Assembly: GCA_951406725.2 (NCBI GenBank)
Contig: OX597822.1
Location: 48,360,001-48,424,000 of the forward strand
DNA from: Octopus vulgaris
Lineage: Eukaryota
Length of the DNA stretch: 64,000 bases
Reading direction: 5' to 3'
Shown: one piece after another, positions 28,451 to 41,238 of the stretch
Layout: each line of letters begins with the position of its first letter
Position numbering within the stretch: the stretch's first letter is position 1
Notes under the pieces: generated by a model
What the model saw: only the letters and a program-made list of their open reading frames with translations
What the model was told of the DNA's origin: nothing
Database searches by the model: none
Translations under genes and position numbers: made by a program

Positions 28451-28683
28451 ATGTATGATTTTATGCATACATCTAGAAACCTAGTCACATTCATAGATAT
28501 ATACAGCCCAACTGTCCCCTCTTGAAGCACATTTGCTTATTTCGTTATTATAATCAATGTATATCCATAGTTACTGTTATACGTAAATTGAAACACATTA
28601 AAATTGAGAATTATGGAAATATTATTTGCAGAGTCTTTGAATAACAAAACAGGAAAATGAAAATATTTTAATATTATTTATTC

Positions 28684-28780
28684 TCCATTACACGTGTTTC
28701 GTTTGCTAATAGGAGTCACAAATATTTACATGTCAGAAAGACATGTAAGGAATTTCCTACCAGAAATTCTTCAGAGATGA
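28684..28780 (-). ncRNA. Type I hammerhead with long stem II
   Basis: CTGAAGA-[long hairpin]-GAAA-CACGTG-TA-ATGGAG; palindromic ACACGTGT stem III; stem I imperfect. Confidence 0.65.
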
Positions 28781-28795
28781 ATTTTATAATTTTCA

Positions 28796-28890
28796 CTGTC
28801 TGAAGATTTTTCTAATAGGAAATTCCTTATATGTATAAATAACATGTAAACATTTGTGATTCCTATTAGCAAATGAAATACGTGTAATGG
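28796..28890 (+). ncRNA. Type I hammerhead with long stem II
   Basis: CTGT-CTGAAGA-tttttCTAATAGGA...TCCTATTAGcaaat-GAAA-TACGTG-TA-ATGG; stem I pairs through two G.U wobbles. Confidence 0.7.
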
Positions 28891-28987
28891 AGAATAAATA
28901 ATAGTAAAATATTTCCATTTTCCTGTTTTGTTATACACATGAATACACAAATATACATCTACATACATACATATATCTACCAATATA

Positions 28988-29039
<52 letters not shown>

Positions 29040-29126
29040 AATATATATAGATATATATGTGTGTATATATATACATATATATACATATACATACATATAC
29101 ATATACATATATATATATGTATGTAT

Positions 29127-29427
29127 GGCGGCGCAATGGCCTAGTAGTTAGGGCAGCGGACTCGCGGTCGTAGGATCGCGGCTTCTATTCCCAGACCGAG
29201 CGTTGTGAGTGTTTATTGAGCGAAAGCACCTAAAGCTCCACGAGGCTCCGGCAGGAGTAGTGGTGGCGATTCCTGCTGTAGTCTTTCGCCACACTTTCTT
29301 CTTTTGGCCTGCTCACTTAGCCAGTGGGGTGGAGTCATTTGAAGGCTAAAACAATGCGAAGCGCATTGTGACCAGCGATGTGTAGCAACATCTGATAGCC
29401 TGGTCGGTCACGGTGATCACAGTAATA
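29127..29427 (+). mobile_element. SINE family C (tRNA-derived head)
   Basis: GGCGCAATGGCCTAGTAGTTAGGGCAGCGGACTCGCGG...ATTCCCAGACCG; same head as 47525. Confidence 0.85.
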
Positions 29428-29740
29428 TATATACATATGTATGTATGTATGTATGTATATATATATATATATATGTTACCAACTTTGACCCTCCGAAAAT
29501 CCCAAATATTATTTTGGTTCACGGGAGCAACTGCCTTCAAGTCTTATATTTTCATTCAATGCTCGAAATAGGGAGTAGACGGACAGCCGACAACTGACGA
29601 AGGGTCGTTATTTTTATGTTACTTGTCTTGTTTTCAATTTGTTTCTCTCGTTCTTTGCGTACCGAACCTTATGTTATTTTCGTATTTCATGTTGTTTGCG
29701 TTTTGTGACGTCCTGCACCCATATATGCATACCTAGATAC

Positions 29741-29771
<31 letters not shown>

Positions 29772-29930
29772 TGTATGTATGTATGTATGTATGTATGTAT
29801 GTATGTATGTATGTATGTATATATATATATATTATTTATATTATCATTTGATTGAACGTCATGCATCCATTTCCAAGTATATATATATACATATACATAC
29901 GTATATACATACACATATAGATGTGTGTGT

Positions 29931-29967
<37 letters not shown>

Positions 29968-30152
29968 AACATATATACACACATGTATGTATATATATAT
30001 ATATATATTTAATTGTTTTTCTATATATATGTGTGCATATGTATGTATACATGTATATATATATGTATATATGTATATATATATGTACGTATGTATGTAT
30101 ATATGTATGTAATATAAGTATGTATGTATGTATGTATGTATGTATGTATGTA

Positions 30153-30186
<34 letters not shown>

Positions 30187-30474
30187 CTAGAGCACACACA
30201 CATAGATGGCGTTCTCTTCCCCATCTGTTCGCCATTTTTGCGCCAATGGCGGTTTCGCCCGAATCTAAATACCATTTCGCTCCAATAATCCTCTTTCGCA
30301 CCTTAAAAGATTTATACCTACTTGGATAATCTCTGCCTTCTTATAGCATTCCTACCTCGCTGCTACCCTCTTCCCTACCAACCACCACTACCACTACCAC
30401 TACAACCAACACCAACACCAACACCGCCGCGATTACAACAACATAAACAAGAAAAACAACAACAGCAACTACTA

Positions 30475-30575
<101 letters not shown>

Positions 30576-31011
30576 TACAACAACAACGATATCTTTCTTC
30601 TCCTCCCCCTCCTCTTCCCCCATTACTATTACTATTATTATTATTACTATTATTGACGGTAGCAAAAATTACAAACAGCAGCTCGGCGGAGTATAGTGCC
30701 GTTACTCTGATTTATGCTCATGTACACGAAGTATGTTTTAACTCGTGCGTACATACATACATACATACATACATACATACATACATACATACATACATAC
30801 TTACATACAGACAGACAGACAGACGGACAGACAGACATGCAGACAGACAGACAGGCAAACACTGACAAACCATATTACACTTACCCTTCATGCTCACTCA
30901 CTCTTCTTTTCTCTCTTTATTTCTTTGTCTTTTTGACAGTCTGTCTCTTCGTTGCCTCTCTATCTATCTATCTATTTGTGTATGTATGTATGTATGTATC
31001 TATCTATCTCA

Positions 31012-31048
<37 letters not shown>

Positions 31049-31099
31049 CATACATATATATATATATATATACACACATACACATACATACATATATAA

Positions 31100-31235
<136 letters not shown>

Positions 31236-31380
31236 ATACATACATATATACATCATATTATATCCGTTTCTCTTCACTTTCGTCACACGGATCACAATTT
31301 ACCAAGCAGAAGTTAACAGTTATTCAAGTGTACATCTATGTATTCGCTTGAATGCACGCGCATACACACACACACACACA

Positions 31381-31456
<76 letters not shown>

Positions 31457-31574
31457 CCATACATACACACATACAGAAAAAAAAAGCCACCCACATAAAC
31501 ATAAAAACGAGGATAAAAATTATGTGTGTGCGTGTGTGTGGGTGTGAATATTGGTAGGTATATAAGTATCGTGT

Positions 31575-31779
31575 TCTTTTATTCTTTTCAGTCATTTTGA
31601 CTGCGGCCAGGCTGGAGCCTTTAGTCGAACAAATCGACCCCAGGACTTATTCCTTGTAAGCCTAGTACTTATTCTATCGGCGTCTTCTGCCGAACCGCTA
31701 AGTTACGGAGACGTAAACACACCAGCATCGGTTGTCAAACGATGGTGGGGGGTAAAAATAGACACACAAACATATACAT

Positions 31780-31837
<58 letters not shown>

Positions 31838-31982
31838 GATGGGCTTCTTTCAGTTTCCATCTGCAAAATTCAATGACAAGGCTTTGGCCGGCCCGAGGAT
31901 CTAGAAGAAGACACTTTCCCAAAGTGCCACTCAGTGGGACTGAACCCGGGACCATGCTTTTTACCATACAGTGACTCCTGTA
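31575..31982 (-). mobile_element. SINE family B
   Basis: Reverse match to 26729-27150. Confidence 0.85.
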
Positions 31983-32136
31983 CCTATGTGTGTGTGTGTG
32001 TGTGTATGTGTGTGCGCGCGCGTGTGTATGTGTATGTTTGTGTGTATGTATATGTAAAATGTTTTCTTTTAAATATTTTAAAAAATCATCTGAACACTTC
32101 GAAAACTGTATTAAGTAATTCTCATAAACTTTCACG

Positions 32137-32200
<64 letters not shown>

Positions 32201-32683
32201 CGCGTGTGTTTGTGTGTGTGTGTGTGTGTGTGTTCGTGTGTGTGTGTATTTGTGTGTGTCTATTGTGTGTGCGTATTTGTGTGTGTGCGTGTGTGTGTAT
32301 TTGTGTGTGTGCGTGTGTGTCTATTGTGTGCGTGTGTGGGGTGTGTGTGTGTGCGTGCGTGTGTTTGAATGTACGCGCGTTGTACGTGTGTGTATACCAG
32401 TGGTTTGTAAACAAGCCAACACCGGTTGTCAAGCCGCATCGGGAGGACAAACACATCGATACCCGCAGTGCCCTTTCATTTCCCTAGACAAGTGAATGTG
32501 ATGTGAGTGCCATTTAACTGTTATCTCTATCATGTCGATGTGAATGACCGCATGGACGCTCCAATCAATTATTGCCATCAGTTACCCAATTTGATGGTAT
32601 ATGAACCGCACCAGTGTATTAGACGCATTGCAGTCCCAGCAGTGCATATTCAGGAAAAGAAAAAGATGTTTTTATGTATACTT

Positions 32684-32843
32684 TTCTACTCTAGGCACAA
32701 CGCCCGAAATTTTGGGGGAGGGGACCAGTCGATTACATCGACCTCCAGTAAGCAACTGGTACGTAATTTATCGACCCCGAAAGGATGAAAGGCAAAGTCG
32801 ACCCCGGCTGGACTTGAACTCCGAATGTAAACACAGACGAAAT
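32684..32843 (-). mobile_element. SINE family A, partial
   Basis: TTTATCGACCCCGAAAGGATGAAAGGCAAAGTCGAC. Confidence 0.85.
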
Positions 32844-33394
32844 GGGGTTTTATGTATTAAAGCATATAATATAGAGCAAACTTCACATATAGGACACGGC
32901 CTGATTTTTTTGCGGCATTTTTCATTTTTTTTTCTTTTTAAAGAAAATGTGCGTTTTATAAGCCATCAAAAACGATATAGGATGGTGTAAGGGTCTCCAG
33001 TGCAATCATACAACGCTCATGAAAGAAAGCAGAGTGAGATGTTGGCGAATTTAGAAAATAGCCGACCCGAATAACAATATATCTCTATTCTATCAAAAAG
33101 AACTCTGAAATATCCGTTGGCTACCAATATTTTAAAGATTTGTAAATTTAATACGCATCACTTGAAAAAACATCAATATCAAGAAAAATATCACTTTGTA
33201 CTCTATGAATTATCTATAGGACTTGCAGGGCCTTTTTGGGTTTATAATATAACGCTGGCATCTGTTGTCTGTCAAAGGTTAGCACATATTACTGTGAAGG
33301 CCAATGTTTGATTTAGTGAAAAGATTACAGCAGTCAAGATTCGGTACCACCGCAAGTTATATTGCCATTCCTTCAATTTTCATGGAAGTTCTCA

Positions 33395-33712
33395 AGGCGT
33401 ATGCCTAAGTCGGTAGAGTATACGGTTAACGATCTTCAGGCTGTGATTTCGATTCCCGGTGTGGCGTTGTGTCCTTAAGCAAGACACTTTATTTCACGTT
33501 GCTCCAGTTCACTCAGTTGTACCTGTAATTTCAAAAAGCCAGCCTTGTCACATTTAGTGTCACGCTGAACACCACCCACCCATTCCCCCCTGAGAACTAC
33601 ACCAAGGGTATGCGTGTCTGTGGAGTGCTCAGCCACTTGAACGTTAGTTTCACAAGTAGGCTCTTCCGCTGGCTGGATCAGCTTGTTCAATCCTCGTCGT
33701 AACCGACGAAGT
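33395..33712 (+). mobile_element. tRNA-derived SINE sharing its 3' half with family C
   Basis: TTCGATTCC B box; GCCAGCCTTGTCACA...GTCTGTGGAGTGCTCAGCCACTTG...CGTCGTAACCGACG as at 47725-47885. Confidence 0.8.
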
Positions 33713-33775
33713 ATCGGTAATTATCAGGAGGGTACAAATTTTTTTAAAAATATGATCGAATGTTTCAAATGTTAA

Positions 33776-33828
<53 letters not shown>

Positions 33829-33831
<3 letters not shown>

Positions 33832-33981
33832 GTTGTGTGGTTAGGAATCTTGCTTTCCAACCATTTGGTCTTGAGTTCGGTCCCACATCGCTGCACATTC
33901 AGCAAGTGTCTTCTACGATAGGCAAGGATCAATCGATGCCTTGTGAGTGAATTTGGTAGACAGAAATTTAATAGAAGCCCG

Positions 33982-34033
<52 letters not shown>

Positions 34034-34381
34034 TGATCAAAATAAAATAAAAACATGATGCGAAGGATTCAGCGGTACATATGTTTCGGGCCTTTATTAG
34101 ACAGATTTATAACAATGCATAATGTATGTCTGTGGCCTTCTTCAGCCGCGCACAACAGCTTCCGCAAGGACATGTGTTACATCAAAAATTCTTGGTTGGG
34201 GATGCAAATCCTCTCATTCACGTACGACATAATGCGGCAGCAGCATAGAATTGAAGCGTCCATCTCTTTCTTCTCTCAATGTAGAAAGAGATGGACGCTT
34301 CACCACCTACACCACCAAACGGTATACACAGGTGCTTATAATTATCAAGTACTCACCCCGAATTTCTATACTCAACTCAAC

Positions 34382-34451
<70 letters not shown>

Positions 34452-34453
34452 TG

Positions 34454-34486
<33 letters not shown>

Positions 34487-34690
34487 GTGTGTGTGTATCT
34501 GTGTGTTTTCTTGTGCTTGTCTCCAACACCATTTGATAGACAATACTGGTTTGTTTACATCCCCATAACTTAGGGATTCCGCAAAAGAGACCAATAGGCT
34601 TTAAAATAGTAAGTACTGGGGCCGATTTGTGTGACTCAACCCTTGAAAGTGGTGTTCCAGCATGGCCGCAGTCCAATGAATGACATACAC
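33829..34690 (+). mobile_element. SINE family B split by an HHR-bearing insert (~34030-34380)
   Basis: 5' half 33829-33985, 3' half 34505-34690. Confidence 0.75.
34072..34149 (-). ncRNA. Type I hammerhead ribozyme
   Basis: GCGG-CTGAAGA-A.GGCC.ACAGA...TCTGT...GGCC.C-GAAA-CATATG-TA-CCGC; perfect stem I, palindromic stem III. Confidence 0.85.
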
Positions 34691-35960
34691 TAAATATATA
34701 AGATATATGTGTGTGTGTGTGTATGTATATTACATACATATATTCATTCGTATATCTACTCATACGTAAGTTTAAACACGTATATAATGCATGTATATAT
34801 ATATAGATATGTTTAAAACTGATCCTTTCTATAGTTTCCCCCTTTCCCCCCACCTCTCCCTCATTTATTAGTTCTGCTTCCCACGCAGACCTCCCCCATA
34901 ACTGCCACCCGACCGCCTCACCTCATCCCCCCACCGTCACCATCACCACCACCACTACCACCACCACCACCACCACTACCACCACCACCACCACCACCAC
35001 CACCTCTTGTGCCTCCCAGTCATTCGCCCCGGTTCGCTGTCACGCGAAGCACGTGATTAACACCGTGTGGACAGCAACAGAAAGGTAGGTATGCAAACAC
35101 ACATACACATAATACACATACACACACACACGCACACACAACACACACACTCATACACACACAGGTGTATGTTTACATATATATTTGTGGTGTATGTAGA
35201 GTATCAACTATGTGCGTACATACATATATACAAATCATATGTATTGTACATCTATTATATATGCATACATGTATATATATATACATATATATATATACAT
35301 AAATGTATGTATAAATATATATTACATATTATATATGTATATATATACACTGTGTATAAATATATGCATACATACATATATATGCATGCATGCGTGAATA
35401 TAACCAAGATAAATATAGATATTTGTTTGTGTGTGTATGTAAACTAATATCTTTTTGCGCGAATCGCGTTTCATGCCATTTAAATCACCAAGCTATTTGG
35501 AACGTATTTTACACACCGAACACATTCCTTTGTGTGTGGCTATCGTTTCAAAATGTTTTTTAATTTGGACATTGTCTGTGGTTGTTGTCATTTCATTTGC
35601 CAATTCATTAACTGTTGTATGTTTCATTAGTTCGCTTGCTATGTTATATTAGAGTTATCGCTTGTTTATATTTTTTTGATTTATGTTATTCTTATTGTTA
35701 CATTGTTATCATTGATCATTAATCAATTCGGTAAGCACTTCTAGTTCGGCCTCACGATTTCATTATCACATTCTGATACAATGAAATTGTTAATCTACGT
35801 TCTCTTTCCATTGGCTAATTCAGTTGTTGTCCTGTTTCCAATTGATATCATAATAGTAGTGTAGGTGTAAATATAGAAATATTTTTCCATCGCAATAGAT
35901 AAGGTAAATACATCATAATAAATATAATAAAGTATAATGAATTACTTTTTACTGGACGTC

Positions 35961-36005
35961 TATCACTGAAGAACCCATGGAAGGGGGAAATCGTGTGATC
36001 TGGCA
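35961..36005 (+). ncRNA. Type I hammerhead ribozyme
   Basis: TATCA-CTGAAGA-A.CCC.ATGGAA.GGG.G-GAAA-TCG.TG.TGA-TC-TGGCA. Confidence 0.7.
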
Positions 36006-36501
36006 AGTCTAACGGCCGAAGCTGGCGATTCTCGTCTGTAACGATATAAAAACGAGTGCTTTTAAGCAGCACGAATCCTTATGAGAAAGCTGCTCATCGT
36101 AAACAGTACAATATTCTGTGCGTTAACATAACTCCCACGTTAAGTTAGAAATCAAGATTACCTTTTGGTATTAGTAATACTGGTTCAGTCGCTTAAAATT
36201 ATTTTATAATAAATTATGTTCTTATTAATAGCAACTAATCTCAGAGATTTAAACAATAAACTTTACAAGCCCTGAAGCTTTTACTGAGCTGTGGGAAAGT
36301 TGCAAAGCACAAGAAAAAGACGCAACGAAAATCTTATGATTGAATTTGAGTATTAAATGTTGATGTTCTACAGAAACCCATCTTTTATCTTTCACTTATT
36401 TCAGTCATTGGATAACGGTTTAAAGTCATAACCATACATGAATACGTACACACAAACACAAACGCGCACATACATGTATGCATATATATATGCATGTATA
36501 C

Positions 36502-36968
<467 letters not shown>

Positions 36969-37178
36969 TATATATGTATATGTGTGCGTGTAAATATAAT
37001 AAGTATATATACAAATTGAGATAGGGGTTGTAAATGCAACCCTCTATGGGATAACGTATATCCAATATACTGCTAGTGAAGTACCCAACAAAGTTAATAC
37101 ATAAATGTTAATGATTGCGATGCAATCAATTCATTTACTGTATTATATGGGCAAAGGTAAAATGATTTACCACAAATT

Positions 37179-37637
37179 ACTAATACAAGATAAGAAAATG
37201 GAGAAATACATCTAAATCAAATATCAATTACCAGATAATACTCAATCACATACTTTATTAAACCACCACATAAGAGACTGTAGGGTTAAATATAAAAAGC
37301 AGAACAAATCAGTGTACATAAAGGAATGTACGTAAAAAAGTGTATAATAATTAGAATATATATAAAAGAGAATATAAATACAAGTAAATAATTTATACTT
37401 ATATTTATATTTACTTGTATTTATATTCTCTTTTATATATATTCTACTTATTATACAACATTACTCTTTTATGTACATTTTTTTATGTACATTCCTTTAT
37501 GTACACTGATTTGTTCTGCTTTTTATATTTAACCCTACAGTCTCTTATGTGGAGGTTTAATAAAGTATGTGATTGAGTATTATCTGGTAATTGATATTTG
37601 ATTTAGATGTATTTCTCCATTTTCTTATCTTGTATAA

Positions 37638-37640
<3 letters not shown>
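37179..37640. repeat. Long near-perfect inverted repeat (arms >200 bp)
   Basis: TACAAGATAAGAAAATGGAGAAATACATCTAAATC... mirrored by ...GATTTAGATGTATTTCTCCATTTTCTTATCTTGTA; centre near 37400. Confidence 0.95.
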
Positions 37641-37692
<52 letters not shown>

Positions 37693-37852
37693 GTTTCCAC
37701 ACATTTCCGTTTGTTAAATTCACTCACAAGACATTAATCTGTCTAAGACTGCAGTATAAGACACTTACTCAAGGTACCATGCAATGGGATTGAACCAGAA
37801 ATCACGCGTTTGCAAAGCGAGTTTCTTAACCCCATAACCACGCATACGCCTG

Positions 37853-38386
37853 GATATAAACATTTCGTTGAAAATTACTGAATATGCGAACATACATGAT
37901 GAACTGCTTCGATACATTTATCCCGTCTACCCAGATTATAAACTTACATTTGTGACCACAACTTCTTTGTGTTACAAAGATTTTTAAGGAATAATTCGGA
38001 AAAGATGGGATCTGAGTGAAAGTAAACAATCATGATTTCAACAGATACCATCTGTTATAGGAATAGTGAGAATGTGTAAAACTTTCCTAAAATCCAGCTT
38101 GTAACTTTATACTTTCCACATTTAAATTCCGATGAAGTAGATTTATTTCTTTGTTAGAGATCAGCCAACTTCATTATTCAAGGAATTCGAAGAATGACAA
38201 AAACGACCCTCAAAACATACATATATGTACATACACAAATATTATATACATACATATATACATACATACATGTACAAGAGCATGCAACCATACATATATA
38301 TATTCACGCATGCACGCATCCATACATATATGCATACATAGATATATAATATCTCTGCTAGATGGAAACGCATGCGTCAAAAGTTA
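37853..38386 (+). pseudogene. R4/Dong-like (RLE-clade) non-LTR retrotransposon 3' remnant
   Basis: DINISLKITEYANIHDELLRYIYPVYPDYKLTFV.../..QIPSVIGIVRMCKTFLKSSL* resembles the restriction-like endonuclease C-terminus of R4/Dong elements; frameshifted. Confidence 0.6.
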
Positions 38387-38695
38387 GCTTCTAAATACTT
38401 GATCAATACAAGAGATAAGGATGCCTGCAAACCTTCATGTTGTGATAACAAAAATGTCTATTCTGCTACTCGAATGTGGGAGATACTATCCTCTTCACCA
38501 AAAACTGCCCAAAATCTCTGCAGAATTCTACCTTCGTATGAGGCATGACATTATTGTCAAAACCATTTATAATGTTTTTTTAAAGTTATTTCTACGGGTT
38601 TTCTATAGAATTTAGAACCAGCACTGGAAGTTACAACGTTTCGTATACGAATACATCTATGTAAGCAGTGATCGAAGATAGAAAAATAGATAATA

Positions 38696-38740
38696 GGTGT
38701 ATATACATATTTCAGGATATCTTGCTCCCTCTTCAGCGCT
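38696..38740 (-). ncRNA. Hammerhead motif, stem I decayed
   Basis: AGCG-CTGAAGA-GGGA.gcaagata.TCCT-GAAA-TA.TGTA.TA-TA-CACC. Confidence 0.65.
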
Positions 38741-39074
38741 ACATCCAACCCATTAACCATCCATAAACACATTGCTTAAAAACCGAATATAGCGGTGTAA
38801 CACAATTGGATATACACATTTTTTACATATTAAACACAGTCCTGGCAACTGGTATGTACACATTAATTGCTGATAGAGACACTGTATTTCGTTATGCAAC
38901 TATTATATACTATGAAGTATATTAAACGTTTTTATAAGTCAATAGTGCGTCCCACCTGTGTTAGCAGTGCGATTCAATCCCTTTTTAAAGTTATCTCTAC
39001 GGGTTTTCCATAGAAACTAGAGCCAGCATTGGAAGTTACGAATACGTCTAAGTAAACAATGAAAAATGCGTAAA

Positions 39075-39120
39075 GGTTGTATATGCTTATTTCAGAAGTT
39101 GTTGTCCATTCTTCAGCACC
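39075..39120 (-). ncRNA. Hammerhead motif, tandem partner of 38696
   Basis: GGTG-CTGAAGA-atggacaacaacttct-GAAA-TA.AGCA.TA-TA-CAACC. Confidence 0.6.
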
Positions 39121-39324
39121 ACATCCAACCCATTAGCCATCCGCGAACACATTGCTTAAATTATAAAACATTTGTAGACATAACTGTAAAAAAGTGGTTG
39201 AATCGCGCTGCTAACACAGGTAGGACGCACTGTTGACTTATAAGCCATTAATTTACTAGCTAGTATATCATATTTGCACAAAGAAATATGGTGTCCCTGC
39301 TGGCAATTAATATTTACAATGCTA

Positions 39325-39539
39325 AGGCAGTGAGCAGGCAGAATCGTTAGCATGTCGGGCGAAATGCTTAGCGGCATTTTGCCCTTCTTAACGTTCTGAG
39401 TTCAAATTTTGCCAAGTTCGACTTTACCTTTCATCCTTTCGGGGTCGATGAAATAAGTATCAGTTGAACACTGGAATCGATGTAATCGACTTATTTTCTC
39501 TCCCGACATTGCTGGCCTTCTGCCAAAATTGGAAATCAG
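39325..39539 (+). mobile_element. SINE family A with 14-bp TSD
   Basis: TATTTACAATGCTA at 39311-39324 and 39540-39553. Confidence 0.9.
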
Positions 39540-39565
39540 TATTTACAATGCTATCCAGAAGAAGG

Positions 39566-39958
39566 ATTCGGAAAAGATGGGATCTGAGCGAAAGTAAACA
39601 ATCACGATTTCAACAGATACCATCTGTTATAGGAACTGTGAGAATATATAAAACTTTTCTAAAATCCAGCTTGTAACTTTATACTTTCCACATTTAAATT
39701 CCGATGAAGTCGATTTATTTCTTTGTTAGAGATCAGCCAACTTCATTAATCAAGGAATTCGAAGAATGACAAAAATGACCCTCAAAACATACATATATAT
39801 ACATACACAAATATTATATACATACATGTATACATATATATATGTACAAGTGCATGCAACCATACATATATATATTCACACATGCACGCATCCATACATA
39901 TATGCATACATAGATTTATTATATCTCTGCTAGATGGAAACGTATTCGCCAAAAGTTA
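39566..39958 (+). repeat. Local duplicate of 37994-38386
   Basis: ATTCGGAAAAGATGGGATCTGAG...CTGCTAGATGGAAACG, highly similar over ~390 bp. Confidence 0.9.
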
Positions 39959-40060
39959 AAAATGTATTTAAATATTCAGAAATAAGGAATACTGGTGGAA
40001 GCTAATATTTGTACAACAGGATTGCTGTTGTTCTGTTGGAGAGGGAGCAGTTCTGTTGGA

Positions 40061-40497
40061 GGGGTCCATAAGCACCAAAGGGACCCTTAGACATCAAAAG
40101 GGTCCATAGGCATTAAAGGTGTTCGTAGGCTTCAAAAGGGTCTATAGACATCAAAAGGGTCAATAAGCATCAAAGAGATCCATGGGCATCAAATGAATTC
40201 ATAGGCATTAAAGGGGTCCATAAGCATTATAGGGGTCCATAGGCATTAAAAGGATTCATAAGCATTAAAGGAGTCCATAAGCATCAAAAATAGGTTCATA
40301 GGCATTAAAGGGGTCCATAGGCATCAAAGGGGTCTATAAGCATCAAAGGGGTCCATGGGCATCGAAGGGGTTTACAGGCATCAGAAGGGCCCATAGGCAT
40401 CAAAGGTGTCCATGGACATCAGAGGGGTCCATAAGCATTATAGGGGGTATATAGGCATTAAAGGGATTCATAGGCATCGAAGGGGTTCATAGACATT
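40061..40497. repeat. 19-bp minisatellite, ~23 diverged units (GGGGTCCATAGGCATCAAA)
   Basis: Units counted by eye; no spacers. Confidence 0.9.
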
Positions 40498-40974
40498 GCT
40501 GTTGTTCTGTTTGAGAGGGAGCAGTTCTGTCCAAGTGTGGTCGAGATTAACTTCCCAATAGATCTGACCATTCTCCAGTTGGAAACAAAAAAAAAAAAAA
40601 GAGAAAAGAAAATATTCCGGCACCAGATACCAGCTTTAGGTTGCTGAGTTTTCATTACATGAAATTAATCATTCTATTGAATAATTAAAGAAATAAATAC
40701 GATTCAGTAACAGGTGTGTGTCAGTGCTTGGATCAAGAAGAATGCTTTGAGGTTCCGCTGCATTTCTTTGAGCTTCCTCTCTTTTACAGACTTACGTGGA
40801 ATCATCTGTCTCTTTGTTATTACAAGTAATTAAATTCACTAAAAGCCAAAGCGGTGCCCCAGCATGGCTGCAGTCTAATGAATGAAATAGGTGAAAGATA
40901 AATGATAAAGCACACACACACACACACACATATACACACAGACACATATATACACATATACATACATATTTTTA

Positions 40975-41186
40975 TTTTTATTTGTTTCAGTCATGTGACT
41001 GCGGTCATGCTGGAACACCACATTTTCGTCGAACGGATAAACCCCAGGAGTTTTTTTTAACCCTGGTACTCATTCTATCGGTATCTTTTGCCGAACCGAT
41101 AAGTTACCGGGACGTAAACACACCAACACCGGTTGTCAAGCGGTGACGAGAAGGACAAACACAGATACAAAGACACATACACGTAA

Positions 41187-41238
<52 letters not shown>

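Larger units (their letters stand above)
28641..28934. repeat. ~140-bp-arm inverted repeat with one hammerhead per arm
   Basis: ATAACAAAACAGGAAAATG... / ...CATTTTCCTGTTTTGTTAT; arms align along their length. Confidence 0.9.

Noticed and set aside
29594-29600. CTGACGA here and CTGATGA at ~46229
   Set aside because: No downstream GAAA with pairable stems found by eye, though both lie in microsatellite-bounded islands
40061-40497. Possible CRISPR array
   Set aside because: Contiguous diverged 19-mers with no unique spacers, no cas genes, eukaryotic context
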